The position numbers and the translations under genes were made by a program. Under the pieces are notes generated by a model. That model did not search any database and was not told where the DNA came from. It saw only the letters and a list, made by a program, of their open reading frames with translations. This document shows positions 12,389 through 24,800 of a stretch of DNA of 64,000 bases, one piece after another (position 1 is the first letter of the stretch; each line of letters starts with the position of its first letter). This DNA comes from Carcharhinus amblyrhynchos. Lineage: Eukaryota. The stretch spans positions 50,034,001-50,098,000 of the forward strand of contig OZ336876.1 in assembly GCA_965287045.1 (NCBI GenBank), given 5' to 3'.

Positions 12389-14245
12389 TATTTTTGACCT
12401 CCTCCCCGAATGTGAGGTTTTACCTGTGAAAATCAGGCAGGTGAACTATTGGAGTGCAGATAACGGAGTCGTGCTCTGTACCCCATTCTGATTAATCATT
12501 TGATTTGTTCTGAAGTTTTTCAGACAGCCAAATTGATTAAGAGCAGCCTCAATTTTAACTCAAAATGGGAATTGAGCAGGCATGGAGGGGTCAAGGCAAG
12601 TGCAAAATTCCCTGACGTCAATAATGTGAGGCCAAAGCGATTTTAAATCCCAAATATTATCGACGTGTTCCAGGTCAGTTACCCATCAGAAACAGGTGAC
12701 AGCCAATGATTGCTGTACTGACAGGAGTGGAACATTAGATGAGGGAAGAAGCTTGGACCAAAGAGAGTTATTGGTCCATGGATAAGCTGTGGAGAGGGGA
12801 AAGTCTCCCAGGTTAGGCTTAGACAGGAGAGGCCCTGACTTTCCTTGTGAACTTTAACTTCAAGGAAAGTTTGAAAATAAATTTGAAAAGTTGTTTGTTC
12901 AGGCCTCTTCTGGCTCCAGCCAATCTTCTTGCTATTTTCACAGGGAAAGGCACAACAGTTTTGTTGCTCTGGCTCCCAGACAAAATGGTCATCTTCATAC
13001 TTCAAGAAGGACTGTGTCTTACTTATCACATTAGAAGAGCAAATTAAATGGAAGAGAGTGATAACAATAAAGCAGCACATCAAGCTATCTGCAATTCAGT
13101 TTCTGTTGGACAGGCTGAGTTAAAATCAGACTTAATAGGTGGCTATAATCTTCTCAATCATTTCAATACCAACTTTATGGATGGTTTTAACTGGGTGTCA
13201 GTAATAAAACAAGACAGGCTTTCTAGCTTGACAAATTGCCAAGTAGAGATTACCCCTTTACTGAAATGCTCATGAAATGTTGCCAGTTTTATTAAAAACA
13301 AGTTCAATAATTACTTGAATAAGTATCTATTCATGAACAGCTGAGTAAGCTCTCGGAGAAAAGTTTGATTAATGGAGACTTAAGGGCGAGGGAAGGGATG
13401 TTGTCCTTCCCTTGCCCTTAAGTCTAAAGCTATCAGATAGAGTGACTGGGTGATTGTGGATTGTAAAAGTCTGGAATTTGGACCTATGAACCTTGGACTA
13501 TGTATATGTTATAGGTAGTGTTCTGAGGTATGATATACATACCTTAATGTGTGCAAGAGTTATCTTCATCAGTTTTTAGTGGTTTGTCTAATACATGAAA
13601 TGGAGTCGTTTGCTTTTAACTGACCCAAACAATCAATAGGAATGGGCTACAAAAAGTACATAAAGAAAGAAAACTAACTTGCATCCAGGTCATGCCTTTC
13701 ATTACCGTAGAACATCTTGAGCTGCTTCACAGCCAGCTGAGTACTTTTCATATTTCTGATAACTGTGTTCCTTCCATGCTTTTAGTACAATAAAATATTG
13801 CAAAGAGTTTCATGAAAATAATAACCAGACTCTGAGCCATGACAGGAAGATAGTTAAGTAAGGTGTCTGAAGACGTGGTCAAAGCAGGCTGTTGAAGGAA
13901 ATTGTAGAATGGAAGGTGCAAGGGTCTCTGAAGAGCAAAAACTATTCAGCAAACCGAAAAAGGTTAAAAAAAGGGAAAAAAAATTCTTGGGCGGAATTCT
14001 CCCATCTGGGGACTAAGTCCCATGGCAGAGATGGGAATGTGAAGTGCTTCCTGCTGTGGAGGCTGGTGGGAAAACACACCAAATCTTCCAGCCCTGACCT
14101 CATTAATTATGCAACTGGGTGTTTTCAGTCGTATGCCGTGGGGAGGCAGGCTAAGGGGGGAATAGTCTGCCGTCCCATCTAGGCACCACATTCAAAAGCT
14201 ACACAACGTCACTCACTCACTATTGAAAAAAGAAGCTGGACCTCC

Positions 14246-14364
14246 TGAGAAAGATGATGGCTGTCTGGGAGCACTCTGAGATCAGAAGATTAACCTCTTG
14301 AGAAAGATGATGGATGTCTGGGAGCACTCTGAGATCAGAAGATTAACCTCTTGAGAAAGATGAT
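14246..14364 (+). repeat. 53-bp tandem duplication (~2.2 copies)
   Basis: tgagaaagatgatggMtgtctgggagcactctgagatcagaagattaacctct starts at 14246 and 14299, with a partial copy at 14352. Confidence 0.95.
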
Positions 14365-14639
14365 TGCTCAATAGGAACATTGAGGCCTGATGATGGAGCC
14401 ACCTTCGAATCTGGAAGGTCCAACGACAGATACTCCCACCACCTACTGCTGTGATGTTTCAGAGCCCAGAGTTGCTGTTAACCTCCATCCTGAACTCTGG
14501 AGGCAGCCCCCCAGGCATTGCATAGGTAAGCCCCGACATCAACACGCCACAGTGTTTCAAACATGTTTCACACTAGTTGTGTTTTCCCGCCTGCACTGCA
14601 CAGAATTGGGTGTGGGTGATTGGATCTTCATCGTCATCC

Positions 14640-15144
14640 TGTAATGACTTTAATCGGGCAATTGAGGTTGGCCTGTTAGAATATAAATATAGTGGGAACT
14701 GCAGAGTCTGAAGTGGACACTGCGGAGGAAACAGCTGCTATCCCCCTACCACCAGAGGAAGTGGGCAAACCAGCCTTCTGGCACTCACTGTGGAAGAGAA
14801 GGGAGCCAAACTGATACAACTGTCCAAAGTCAGAGGCCGAATTGGAGGATCAGGAGCCAGCACGGAAACAGAGGAAAAGACCCTTGAGGCGACTGGGCCA
14901 CGAGGATTCCTCAGGCTTTGTGGGGGAGGAGTGTAACGACTTTAATTAGACAATTGAAGTTGACCTGTTTGATTAAGGGCCAAATTGATGGACCAATCAG
15001 GGAGCCTTTTGCCTTGTATTTAACCAGCAGTGTCAGTTCCTCTGGGACTCCTAGTGTAGACTGCTAACTGAATGCACTCTGTATGCAGTTGTCAGACTTG
15101 TAAATGAAGGAATTTTGGTGAAGGGACTTCCAGGACTTATTAAA
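14640..15144 (+). mobile_element. Internally deleted Gypsy LTR retrotransposon (5' LTR stub + 3' internal end + PPT + 213-bp 3' LTR)
   Basis: tgtaatgactttaat at 14640 and tgtaacgactttaat at 14932. PPT gggggaggag precedes 14932. A 5-bp TSD CATCC lies at 14635-14639 and 15145-15149. Confidence 0.8.
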
Positions 15145-16053
15145 CATCCCATCAGCAGGATGCAAATGAGTTTCTCGCCGGCCTCCAGTGGGTTTCTTGA
15201 TCTGCCATGGCAGACATTCGTAGAAGATCCTGCTATAAATTCATTGCGGCATAAAACCGCTTTTTGGGCCTCCTGTGAATTCTTCCCCCTTGCCCACCAC
15301 TGAATCTGCTGGTGAGGACTTGGGAAAATTTCACCCTGGACTTTTCAAATGAGAAAAAGTCTAAAAATCGGTCCTGAAAGTCTGATAATGATAAAGGTGC
15401 GTTAATATTTTGGGTAGAGATCCTTGGTCAGACTTTGAAAAGGAAGATAGACAAACATTTTGATCTAATGATCAACAAGGAGAGGACAATGAGATCAATG
15501 GGTTACGGTCTAGTTAATGGACTGAACAGCTAGTGAGCCAAAAGAACTGAATACATTATGTGACAGTCAACTTTCACACAAAATGTGGTTATTGTACTTT
15601 ATTCCAAAAATATGGTAATGTATGGACAAGCCACAGTTGACCCAATCTTTCTAATGGAAAACACAAAAACAATTATAAACTATTGACAAATGTCACATGA
15701 TCAAACAGGTGATTAAACCTTAGTGAGTATGTCCAAAGATGACGACCTTTGTTTGAAGCATTGTTTATTGTCCAGTGTTGGTGCTCATTTGGTGATCCAT
15801 CAAATGCTTGGATATGCACTTGAAATGTCATAGTCAACAAGCTCTAAAGCTGAAAAGTGGAATTAGGCTCGATGGCTCCTTGTCTACCCTAGAGGGTGGA
15901 TGGGCCAAATGACCTCTTTCTATGCTATAAAATTTTATGTTTCTATATTGCAATAAATCCCAAAATGTATTTTTTCTGTGTATGCTGTATATGTTTGACA
16001 TACCTTTTGCATAATCTTGCCTATTGACATGGATCTATCAAAGCAGAATAGAT

Positions 16054-16665
16054 TTTTTTAACATTAATTCATGGGACATGGGCGTCTCTGGCTGGCCAGC
16101 ATTTATTGCCCATCCCCAGCTGCCCTTGAAAAGGAGGTGATGAGCTCCCTTCTTGAATTGCTGTAGTCCATGCGCTATGGGTTGACCCACAATGCTGATA
16201 AGGAGGGAATTCCAGGGTTTTGACCCAGTGACTGTGAGGAACAGCGATAAATTTCCAAGTCAGGATAGTGAGTGGTTTGGAGGGGAACTTGCAGGAGATG
16301 ATGTTCCCACTTATCTGCTGCCCTTACCCTTCCAGATGGAAGTGGTCATGGGTTTGGAAGGTGTTGTCCAAGGATCTTTGGTGAATTACTGCAGTGCACC
16401 TTGTAGATAGTACATGAATTACTGCAGTGCACCTTGTAGATAGTACACACTGCTGCTACTTAGTGTTGGTGGTGGAGGGATTGAATGTTTGTAGATGTGG
16501 TGTCAATCAAGAGGGCTGCTTTGTCCTGGATGGTGTCAAGTTTCTTTAGTGTTGTTGGGGCTGCACCCAAACAGGCAAGTGGGGAATATTTCATCACATT
16601 CCTTATTTGTGCCTTGTAGATGGTGGATAGGCTTTGGTGGGTTATTCACTGCAGTATTCCTAACC
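16054..16665 (-). mobile_element. CR1-clade LINE 3' end (second family) with internal 33-bp tandem duplication at 16382-16447
   Basis: Tail ...gggatgggcaataaatgctggcc...cccatgaat, shared with 49960-50530 and 59995-60350. Confidence 0.75.
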
Positions 16666-17089
16666 TTTGATAACAACAACATGAATGGGAAGTGCCATTA
16701 AAAGATGGTTAATTTAAAAAAAAATTGTTCATATGTGATGAACGGCATACAATTTTTGTGTAGTCAAATTGAGAGTCTCACAGCAGTGTAAATCAGTCAA
16801 ATTACCAGCAGATCTGGCCTTCATGTTATTTTGGGAAGAGTCTGGGCTCCTCCTTGAGTTCCAGAGGCTCTGGCATGATAGCTTCTGGGGATCTGGATTA
16901 AAATTCAGTTCTATAGCTGACATCACATTCCAGAAATATAGGTGCGACAAACGTGCAACTCTAATAATAAAGCAGCAACGCCAAATTATAAATATTTTTA
17001 ATAGGGTGAAGTACAGGAAAGCGGTGCTTAAAAAAAAGGTTGAACAGCCAAGTCTGAGATGATTACTGAAGCAAGAGAACAAATAAGGC

Positions 17090-17480
17090 AAGGTGCAAAA
17101 TTTTAGTAAGAAATTCCAGAGAGTTGTGTGATCCTGTCACCAATGATAAGGCAGAAGGAGAGAATATGAACTGTAGCCCAGACTGAGAAGAGCAGAGAGC
17201 GTGGGCTGGAATTTATGGAAACAGGAGAGTATAGAGGTTGGGCAGTCAGGTCGTATGGAGATTTGTAGACATGGAAGAACATCTTCAAATCGATGCTCTG
17301 GGAGATTGAGAGTTATGGAAGTCAGAAAGGCCCAGGGTGACAGGTGACCAGCTCTTTCTGGGGTATAGGATCTAGAGGACAGCAGCTCTGGATAATGCAG
17401 AGTTTATCTATAGAATGTTTCAGAAGGACAGTGGCAACAGCTACTCAGAAGTTGAGCCTTGAGGTGACAACAGTCTGAAC
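17090..17480 (-). mobile_element. L2 LINE remnant
   Basis: Purine-rich decayed L2 RT antisense pattern (ctggaattt..., cagggtgacagg, ttgaggtgaca). Confidence 0.5.
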
Positions 17481-18301
17481 AGTACTTCTATAATTCACAA
17501 ATACAAGGCTTATGCTTTCAAGCTGGAGCTGGAGGAGGAACTAGTTGAGGAGTAAAGAAAATGATTTCTAGTTGCTTTACAAGGGAGAAGCTAATTAGAG
17601 CATTCTGTCATCCTGACTTGCCACTAGGACTGTGCACCGCACTTGAACATGTGCTAATGATATGCCAGTTTTAGGAATGTGCCAGGTCAAAGGCTAAACT
17701 ATTGCTAGTGCTGTGCAATACCATACGGTGTCTAGGGTCAGACAGTTAGGGCAGAAATTGTCCCAGGATAATTAGCATGACAGACTGACAGTCTCAATGA
17801 CATGATTGAGTGTCTTTTTATGACTGGAACCTGAAAGTCATTAGTTGTAAATATACACTGAAGCATTACACCCACAGGCCATTCCGAAACCCTTTGAAAA
17901 GTATAGCAGTATGCATCAAAATCAAATCAACATACTGACAGCACTATTACCAAGATGCAAACCACGTGAATACTTAATAATCTAAGCAGTTAACGTATGA
18001 GGACATTTTCTGATCCAATGTTAATCATTTCAGAAATCCACTCCGGTTCCTTCATCATTTGGGCTACCCTTGTTTTTTTCAAAGAGAGCTACTGAAAAAG
18101 GGAATGGAGCAGGTAACTGATTCAGGAAGCATGGTAGGTGGTAATGGACCATAATTCAGAACAAAACCTCGGTGTCTCAGGTTCACACTGACCGTACAAT
18201 CCCTGGCAAATTGTGCTTTGGGGAAAAATGATGCAGATGTTTTGCTTGATGTCTCATGCATATTACACCAACAGTTTGCAATATTATAAGGAATATTTTT
18301 G

Positions 18302-18661
18302 GGTTTCCCTGGTAAGTCAGTTCGAAGCACACCAGTAAATCCAGCAGGATCTTCATCTACTGAGAACAGGCTTCGGTCTCATTCTCCCCATGAGTAGCAG
18401 ACAGTATTGATAACCATTAAACAGTGCTCCCTGAATTACCCGAGAGACCTGGTTTGATTTCATACTTCGGTTTCCCTGGTAAGTCAGTTCGAAGCACATC
18501 AGTAAATCCAGCAGGATCTTCATCACTGAGAACAGGCTTTGGTCTCATTCTGCACTCAATAAAGGACTCCCCATGAGTAGCAGACAGTAGTGATAACCAT
18601 TAACCAGTGCTCCCTGAATAACTGAGAGACACTGGTTTGATTTCATATTTCGGTTTCCCTG
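18302..18661 (+). repeat. Tandem duplication, units of 167 and 183 bp
   Basis: ggtttccctggtaagtcagttcgaagcac... starts at 18302 and 18469, with a third ggtttccctg at 18652. The second unit has an extra ~16 bp. Confidence 0.95.
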
Positions 18662-20329
18662 CTTGGAGAAGCAGAGTGCCCCCTGGAATTGACTGCTTTT
18701 GTGGATCAACACGAGCTGTGATATTAAAAGAATGGGCACGCAACCAAAATATTTAAATGAAAAAATAGTGGACAGAAGTTCAGTGCCTCATCCTTCCTAC
18801 AAGGGCAGCGTTGCTGTCCCAAGAATTCAAAATACTTCAAATACAGTCCAAGGAGTGCACTTTCTAAGCAAGAGTTGTAAAACTGAGAACCAATAACAAA
18901 ATACATTGTTTGCAGACAAATATTTTTTGGCGCAACCTCCTCCATTTGTTTGCACATGAGATACAATGACATAAATTACAATATATTTCTCACGAATTAA
19001 TGAACAGGCCTGAAACCATCTCCAACTATTGCAACATAGATCCAAGAAAAATATGGAAAAAGTGTAAAAAGAGAGAAGAAAAAGGGTCAAATGGGACAAA
19101 CGTATGAATGCAATGTTTATATTCCAATAAAGGATGCAGTGATGCTCAATTTTCACATGCATGCAACAGCACATTTTCCTATCATTTTGAAGCAGCAGGT
19201 TTTAAGAGCACCTGCTTGCTGGCCTCTGTGATTTTTACCGGTGGAAAACAGCTGCTGAAATAGTCATCGCTTTTCAAACCAAGAGTTTATTTAAAGACTT
19301 AGTCTTCAGTGGAGCTCTGCAACAGCTGCTTTAATCCAATGCCCCTCACTATCAATATGAGATTACCTTTCCCAGATAATTTCTGGTAGGTGATGACTGC
19401 AGACTCTTCTTCCTCTCCTGACCAGGGGACACAATTGAACAGCTGACGATAAAACAGTGTTGAAGTGATCCCATTAGCCAACAGCAAATTCAGACTAATG
19501 CATGCACAGACTGTGTGCTGAACCATTGTGATGCTCGCAGTCTGTCATGAAACACTGTAAACTCCACGAGTATGTTTTGAAATGAGATGACACCTCGGGT
19601 ATGGAGCTGAATTGTGTGTAAAACTCTCAAATTGTGACTGAAACTCTCAACACCTCTGAAGGACAGGATTGTCCCCTCACTTTTACTGTGAACACAAACA
19701 AACTAATTGAAATGTTGAGAGGAAGCAGAATGAAGCCCTAAAAGAGAGAAAAGTGAAAATGTACAGCGTTATTTTCAAGATTATATATATTTTTGAATAT
19801 GCTTCTTTGCTGCTGTTTTCTATATGGGAGGCTAGAGCCAGTAATTACTGAAAATCATACAGCACCAGGGGACGCTGTGACCAAGATTTTGCTCAAATCT
19901 TGAAAACATATGTTAACAATCAGGCCTGAATCCATCCCCTACTGTTGTGACATTGAACATCCATCTGTAGCCAGTATTTCTAATATGATAACGATGTACA
20001 AAAATGGTTAAACATTTCAAATCACAGCTGATCTTACATTCCAGACTGGTTTCAAGAGACAAAAACATTGGTTGCATGTATTAATGACTAGAACATTTCT
20101 CAGAAGTAATGGGGCGAATTTTAACCTGCCAGGGTAGACTGGAAAGTGGTTGTACAAAATGGGAAGCCTTGCATAGACTTCTGGTTTGGAAGGCTGTTCT
20201 GCAGAAGGGCTTGCAGGTAAGTTACCTGCCCTCCAGAGGTAGACTAGTAATTATAATATGTTTATGAGACTGAGAAACCAGAGTTTTAAAAACTTCTTTC
20301 AGGAGATGAGACCAACAATGGCAATACCA

Positions 20330-20650
20330 TCATTTGTTGCCTATACCCTATTGGTATAATGAGAGTGGCTTGCTGAGAGCATTGTCATGAATCTGGTCAG
20401 GAACCACATGTAGGCCAGATCAAGTAAGGAAGCAGATTTCCTTCCCTGAAGGACGTTAGTTAAACCAGATGATTTTTGCTGACAACTGATGGCAGTTGCA
20501 TGGCCACCATTACTGTTTTCAATTTCAGAATTGTTGATTAATTCTTATTAATTAATTGAATTCAAAAAATGGAATTTGAACCCTGTGTCCCAGACCATTA
20601 GTCTGGGACTCTGCATTACCAATCCAGTGATATTACCACTACACATCACT
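20330..20650 (-). mobile_element. tRNA-derived SINE (family of 40560-40912), decayed
   Basis: Reverse complement of the head gtagtggtaatatcactgga and the core tccttcagggaagg-aaatctgc. Confidence 0.65.
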
Positions 20651-22849
20651 CTCCACATAGATTTTAGCAGTCATTTGGACTTCATGGCTTTGAAAATCTG
20701 GCAGCTGAAGGGAGATAAGATCTGCCAGATATAATTGCTGTTCCAGTGCGGTTTGTTACCACCCCACTCCACCCCCAAAACTAACCTCCTGTGATCTGCC
20801 TCTCTCCCAATGATCATCAGACCCTCTCACAATTTGCTGACACCCTACTCTAATTTCTAGATCCCCAATCTGATCTCCAGACCCCACCTCTCAATCCAAC
20901 CACAAGATAGCCCAGTGATTAACAGATGTCTATCTGATCTGTTTTCAACCCAAGTCCCCAACTAACCCATCTTCAGACCAACACTCTTCCTGACCAGATC
21001 TGAAAGTCAGAGCCAACTAGTCCCTCTTCTCCAACTGCAGACTAGTACAGCAGTCATTCCTACCTGGCAGCCTCTCAATTGGGCTGGCAGCTAGCAGGAC
21101 ATGTGAATACCAAAAATTTTAATGAGGCCTTGCAAGAGCTCTGAGTTTTCCAGCTGCTGACAGTCGCCCGCCTGTTGCCTTCCACGTAAATATCGCAGTC
21201 AACGTGAATTGCCCACGTGCCCAGAGAATCTGCAGAAATAGCACATTCATAGTGGGCACGCACCCATCACACCTGCAGGCCTAACGATGCAGAGCTTTGT
21301 TGCTCCAAAATGGAGGGTCCACTGTTTGAAATCAATATGAGTTCCTCAGGTAACAACTTATAGATCCTGGACTCCAAGATCGATTGACGCTTGAATTGTG
21401 GGTCCACATGATGCGCAATTATTGCCAACCACAGCGGATGCGTATCTTCGCTGGACTTCCATTATATCCCAGTAACTCCTTCACCCTATACTCTCAAAGC
21501 TTATGTTAGGACAGAGATCAAAGAAACCTTACTCCTGCTATTTCTGACTTCCGCCCCAAAAACCACCAGATCTTTTGGGTTTATATCTTTGAATGAGATA
21601 AACTCGACACTCATTTCACATAATTAAAAAAAATTAATGATGTTCGTGAAGGGTCATTCTGTTGCTGTAACCACAGCCCCTAATATGCAAACAGCACTTG
21701 CTTGAATCTGATTTAATATTATGAAGGTGGGATGACTCAATTTTTCCCTGTAGGTTACATGGCAACACGAGAATATTTATCCATGTGAATAATTGTATAT
21801 CTGCTTTTCCTGTCTGGCGCACACACACACATCCAGTATTGCTCTGCTTTGTCACATTTAATTTTTAAACAAATCTACTTCAGACAAAGAAAAATCCAAA
21901 CTTTTCATCCTTGCTTTTAACTTGCAGTCCAAGAGAAATTGAGCTGAAATTGGCCAGTGCCTTTGTTTATTTAATAATAATTAGACTTGGTGGCCATAAA
22001 GAGATAAAGATCCACCTTTGCAGCGGAATAGTACATTGTGCATTGCATGCTCTATTCTCCTCACCTTATCAAACATGTCACCCAAATTAATGGGTTGGAT
22101 TTTGTGGTCTCAATTCGGGACAGAACAAAGTTTGGTGGGAGAAAAAATGGTGGCTGATTTGCCTCTTTGGTTATTTTCAGCAGTGCAATAAAGAGGATGG
22201 GTTAGGCACTACACATGCTGCTGTTTAAAAGTAGCTGGCACCCTTTTGGAAGCAGACTTTTAGGGAACCTTTGCAATTTTTAAGAATGAGACCACATTTT
22301 AGAAGCCTTTCTCAAATCACACCTTAGGTGCGAAGTCGCAAACCATGGATTTGAGGTGAGAAAGGTCCAAAAGGTGAGTAAAAATGGTGTTACCCCCTTT
22401 ATAGTTGGTCAGGAAATGCTGTAGCCCAAGTTAAATAAATTGCTTGCTGTGATTGGAAAAAGTGTAAGTAAGCATTAAATAACGTGGTTGCCAGGCTGTT
22501 AAGTCTGACAACTGGCAAGCTGTCAAATGAAAGAACAGGATTGTAAAACTGGGAAAGTCATCAGCTTCATTAGATAAAATTCTGCATTTGATAAAGTGCC
22601 ATCCTGCACTGTACATAATTGACAGCATCCCCCACTATGAGATCAATAGCTAATTGTTTAAACATTCCCCATGCTTTACATTCATTCCTTAAAGAACATC
22701 CTAGCAATCTATTTGACTATCACAAAACTTCGACAGCTCTTTGAGCTTTCATTCATTCATTCTCTAAATAACAACTCAGCCATCCATTTGGCTGTTTCAA
22801 AGCTTTGATAGATGTCTGAACGTTTGGCTGTCTTCAAAGGCACTACTTA

Positions 22850-24800
22850 ATTCAGTACTGTGGGGTTTATTTAAACAGCTGTAATGGGGAATGTCAGTTT
22901 GATGGTTTGGATGCCTTCCAAACCACTAATAGCTTCTTCACTGTAGGATGTGTTTACATAGTTGTCTAGGGATGTGCGGGTTTGATTACTTATGAGATTC
23001 CAAGAGATGAATGATTTTCGAACACCCATTCAAGTGATATTCCTTTATTCGGAATTATTATTGAGCTTTGCAAAGATTTTCAAAGGCTATTTTAGGACTG
23101 CTGGAGTTCTGTACATAAAATGGATACTGGATGATTGGGTGAGCGGGTTGATGGTGGAATAAAAATTTTGAAGTAGGTGAAATGTTGTTGGTTGTTCATC
23201 TGGTATCAAGTGATTTACACAGTTCCAAGTTACTAGTGGACTGACTTCTGTTAATAGTGTTTAATATTTGTACTCCAATCAGTTCTTCAACTCTGGCAAT
23301 GATTTGGTTGCTTTATCAAAGTGAAATTCGGCTGTCAATGGTTTCACTTTGATTTTGTTACTCAATTCTATTGCAACATCGAACGTCAGTAGTTTTTTTA
23401 GTTATTGAAATGTAGTTTAGCTAAGCATGAATTAGTTGCTGGACTGGACTACTTTCCATACTTTCAGCAGATGTGCTTCACTGTTCTAAGATTACCTTGT
23501 AGATACCTATGTAGGGTCTATTTGATTTTTTGATAATCCCTTTGGCAATTTTCACCTTTACATTTGACTGGGGTAGTGTGGTGACAATTTATAGTGCTGA
23601 AATTCCCAATCTTTCATGAAATGTTTGAATTTATCAGTTGTGAAACAGGGCCATTGTCATTCATCACAATGTCAGGAATGCCATAATGATTGAAGTGTGC
23701 GTTCAAGCATTCAAGAATGACTCTCAGAGTCATTCAATCAGCCTAACTCTCAATAGTTTGAGTAGTAGTTGACAATGACAAGACGTAAGGAAGAGAGTGA
23801 AGAAGTCTAATTCAAGATACATCCATGGTCCGTCTGGGATATCAAGACTGGCTCTTTAGCTTGTTTAGTTTGCTGTTCATTACAAGCACTGCACTGGCTG
23901 ATGTGATTCCTAATCTAATTGTTCATATTTGGCCATCAAGAAATTCATTTTTGAATTCCTTGATGGTTTGCATGGGTGCATGTTAGCATCTCATTTCTCA
24001 TCTGCTTAGGGATAATAATTCTAACTTCTTTGTACAAAATGCCATCTTGGGCAACCACTTCAGCTCTGTGTTCCCAATACTATCTGATAGCAATAGATGT
24101 GTCCTTGATGGTATCTGGTCATCCTTTCATCAATACTTCCTGGGCACTTGGAGAGTTGCATTTTATTTTGTAGTCTGCTTGATCTGAACAATACTCTTTT
24201 CTATTACATTCAATGCCTCTGCTGGGTTGATGACTTCCAGAGTGTGTCATACTGTTGCTCCTCACCAAATTTGAAAGATTTCACGCTCTACATGAACGTC
24301 ATCAACTTCCTTCAAAGGGAGTGCAGCTCTTAACAGCATGTTGGCAATATACATTTTCTTTTTTGTTCATGCCGCACTTCCAAATGATATCTCTGCAAAC
24401 AAAGTATTATCCTTTTCAGACACTCTGGAGAAAATAGAAGTGATTTGAGAAAGTTACTTTTAAGTGGTTTGTGGTGAGACTCTACTATCACTTTGTTTCT
24501 CTCCAATGTGTAATGATTAAAATGCTCACAGGCACAATTTCTCAAGCTGGGCATAGTGTCATTCAGCTTGCCATTAATGCTTTGCTTGTGCTTGCTGCAT
24601 GAGGCTGGTCCACGTCCTGCTTTACATGTATCACACTTATGGGTGACTTTTGCTGTTGACATTATTGTACCTCAGCATTGGCGTTGTTGTCATTGGTTTT
24701 TCGTTGTGAGTGAAAGCTGCTTCTTGTTCTGTGCCCAAGACCGCTGAACATCCTTTGTAGAGAGCTTGCACAGAGGTTCACACTCTGATGTCATTGTGGT
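22850..24800 (-). mobile_element. Decayed Gypsy LTR retrotransposon internal region (RNase H end, integrase)
   Basis: Minus-strand fragments: VIVESHHKPLKS...LKRIILCLQRYHLEV (RNase H), WPNM...HISQCSACNE (zinc finger), HFNHYGIPDIVMNDNGP, WEFQH...SPHYP (integrase core). Confidence 0.88.

Larger units (their letters stand above)
13988..15336. mobile_element. Harbinger-derived non-autonomous element containing nested insertions
   Basis: TIRs gggcggaattctccca / tgggaaaatttcaccc. Confidence 0.65.

Noticed and set aside
18483-18530. Minus-strand gtgatga...ctga resembling a C/D-box snoRNA
   Set aside because: Only about 45 nt separate the boxes, there is no terminal stem, and the box C is disrupted in the duplicate copy.
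14246-18661. Short direct repeats as a possible CRISPR-like array
   Set aside because: They are simple tandem duplications without unique spacers, in a vertebrate intron with no cas genes.
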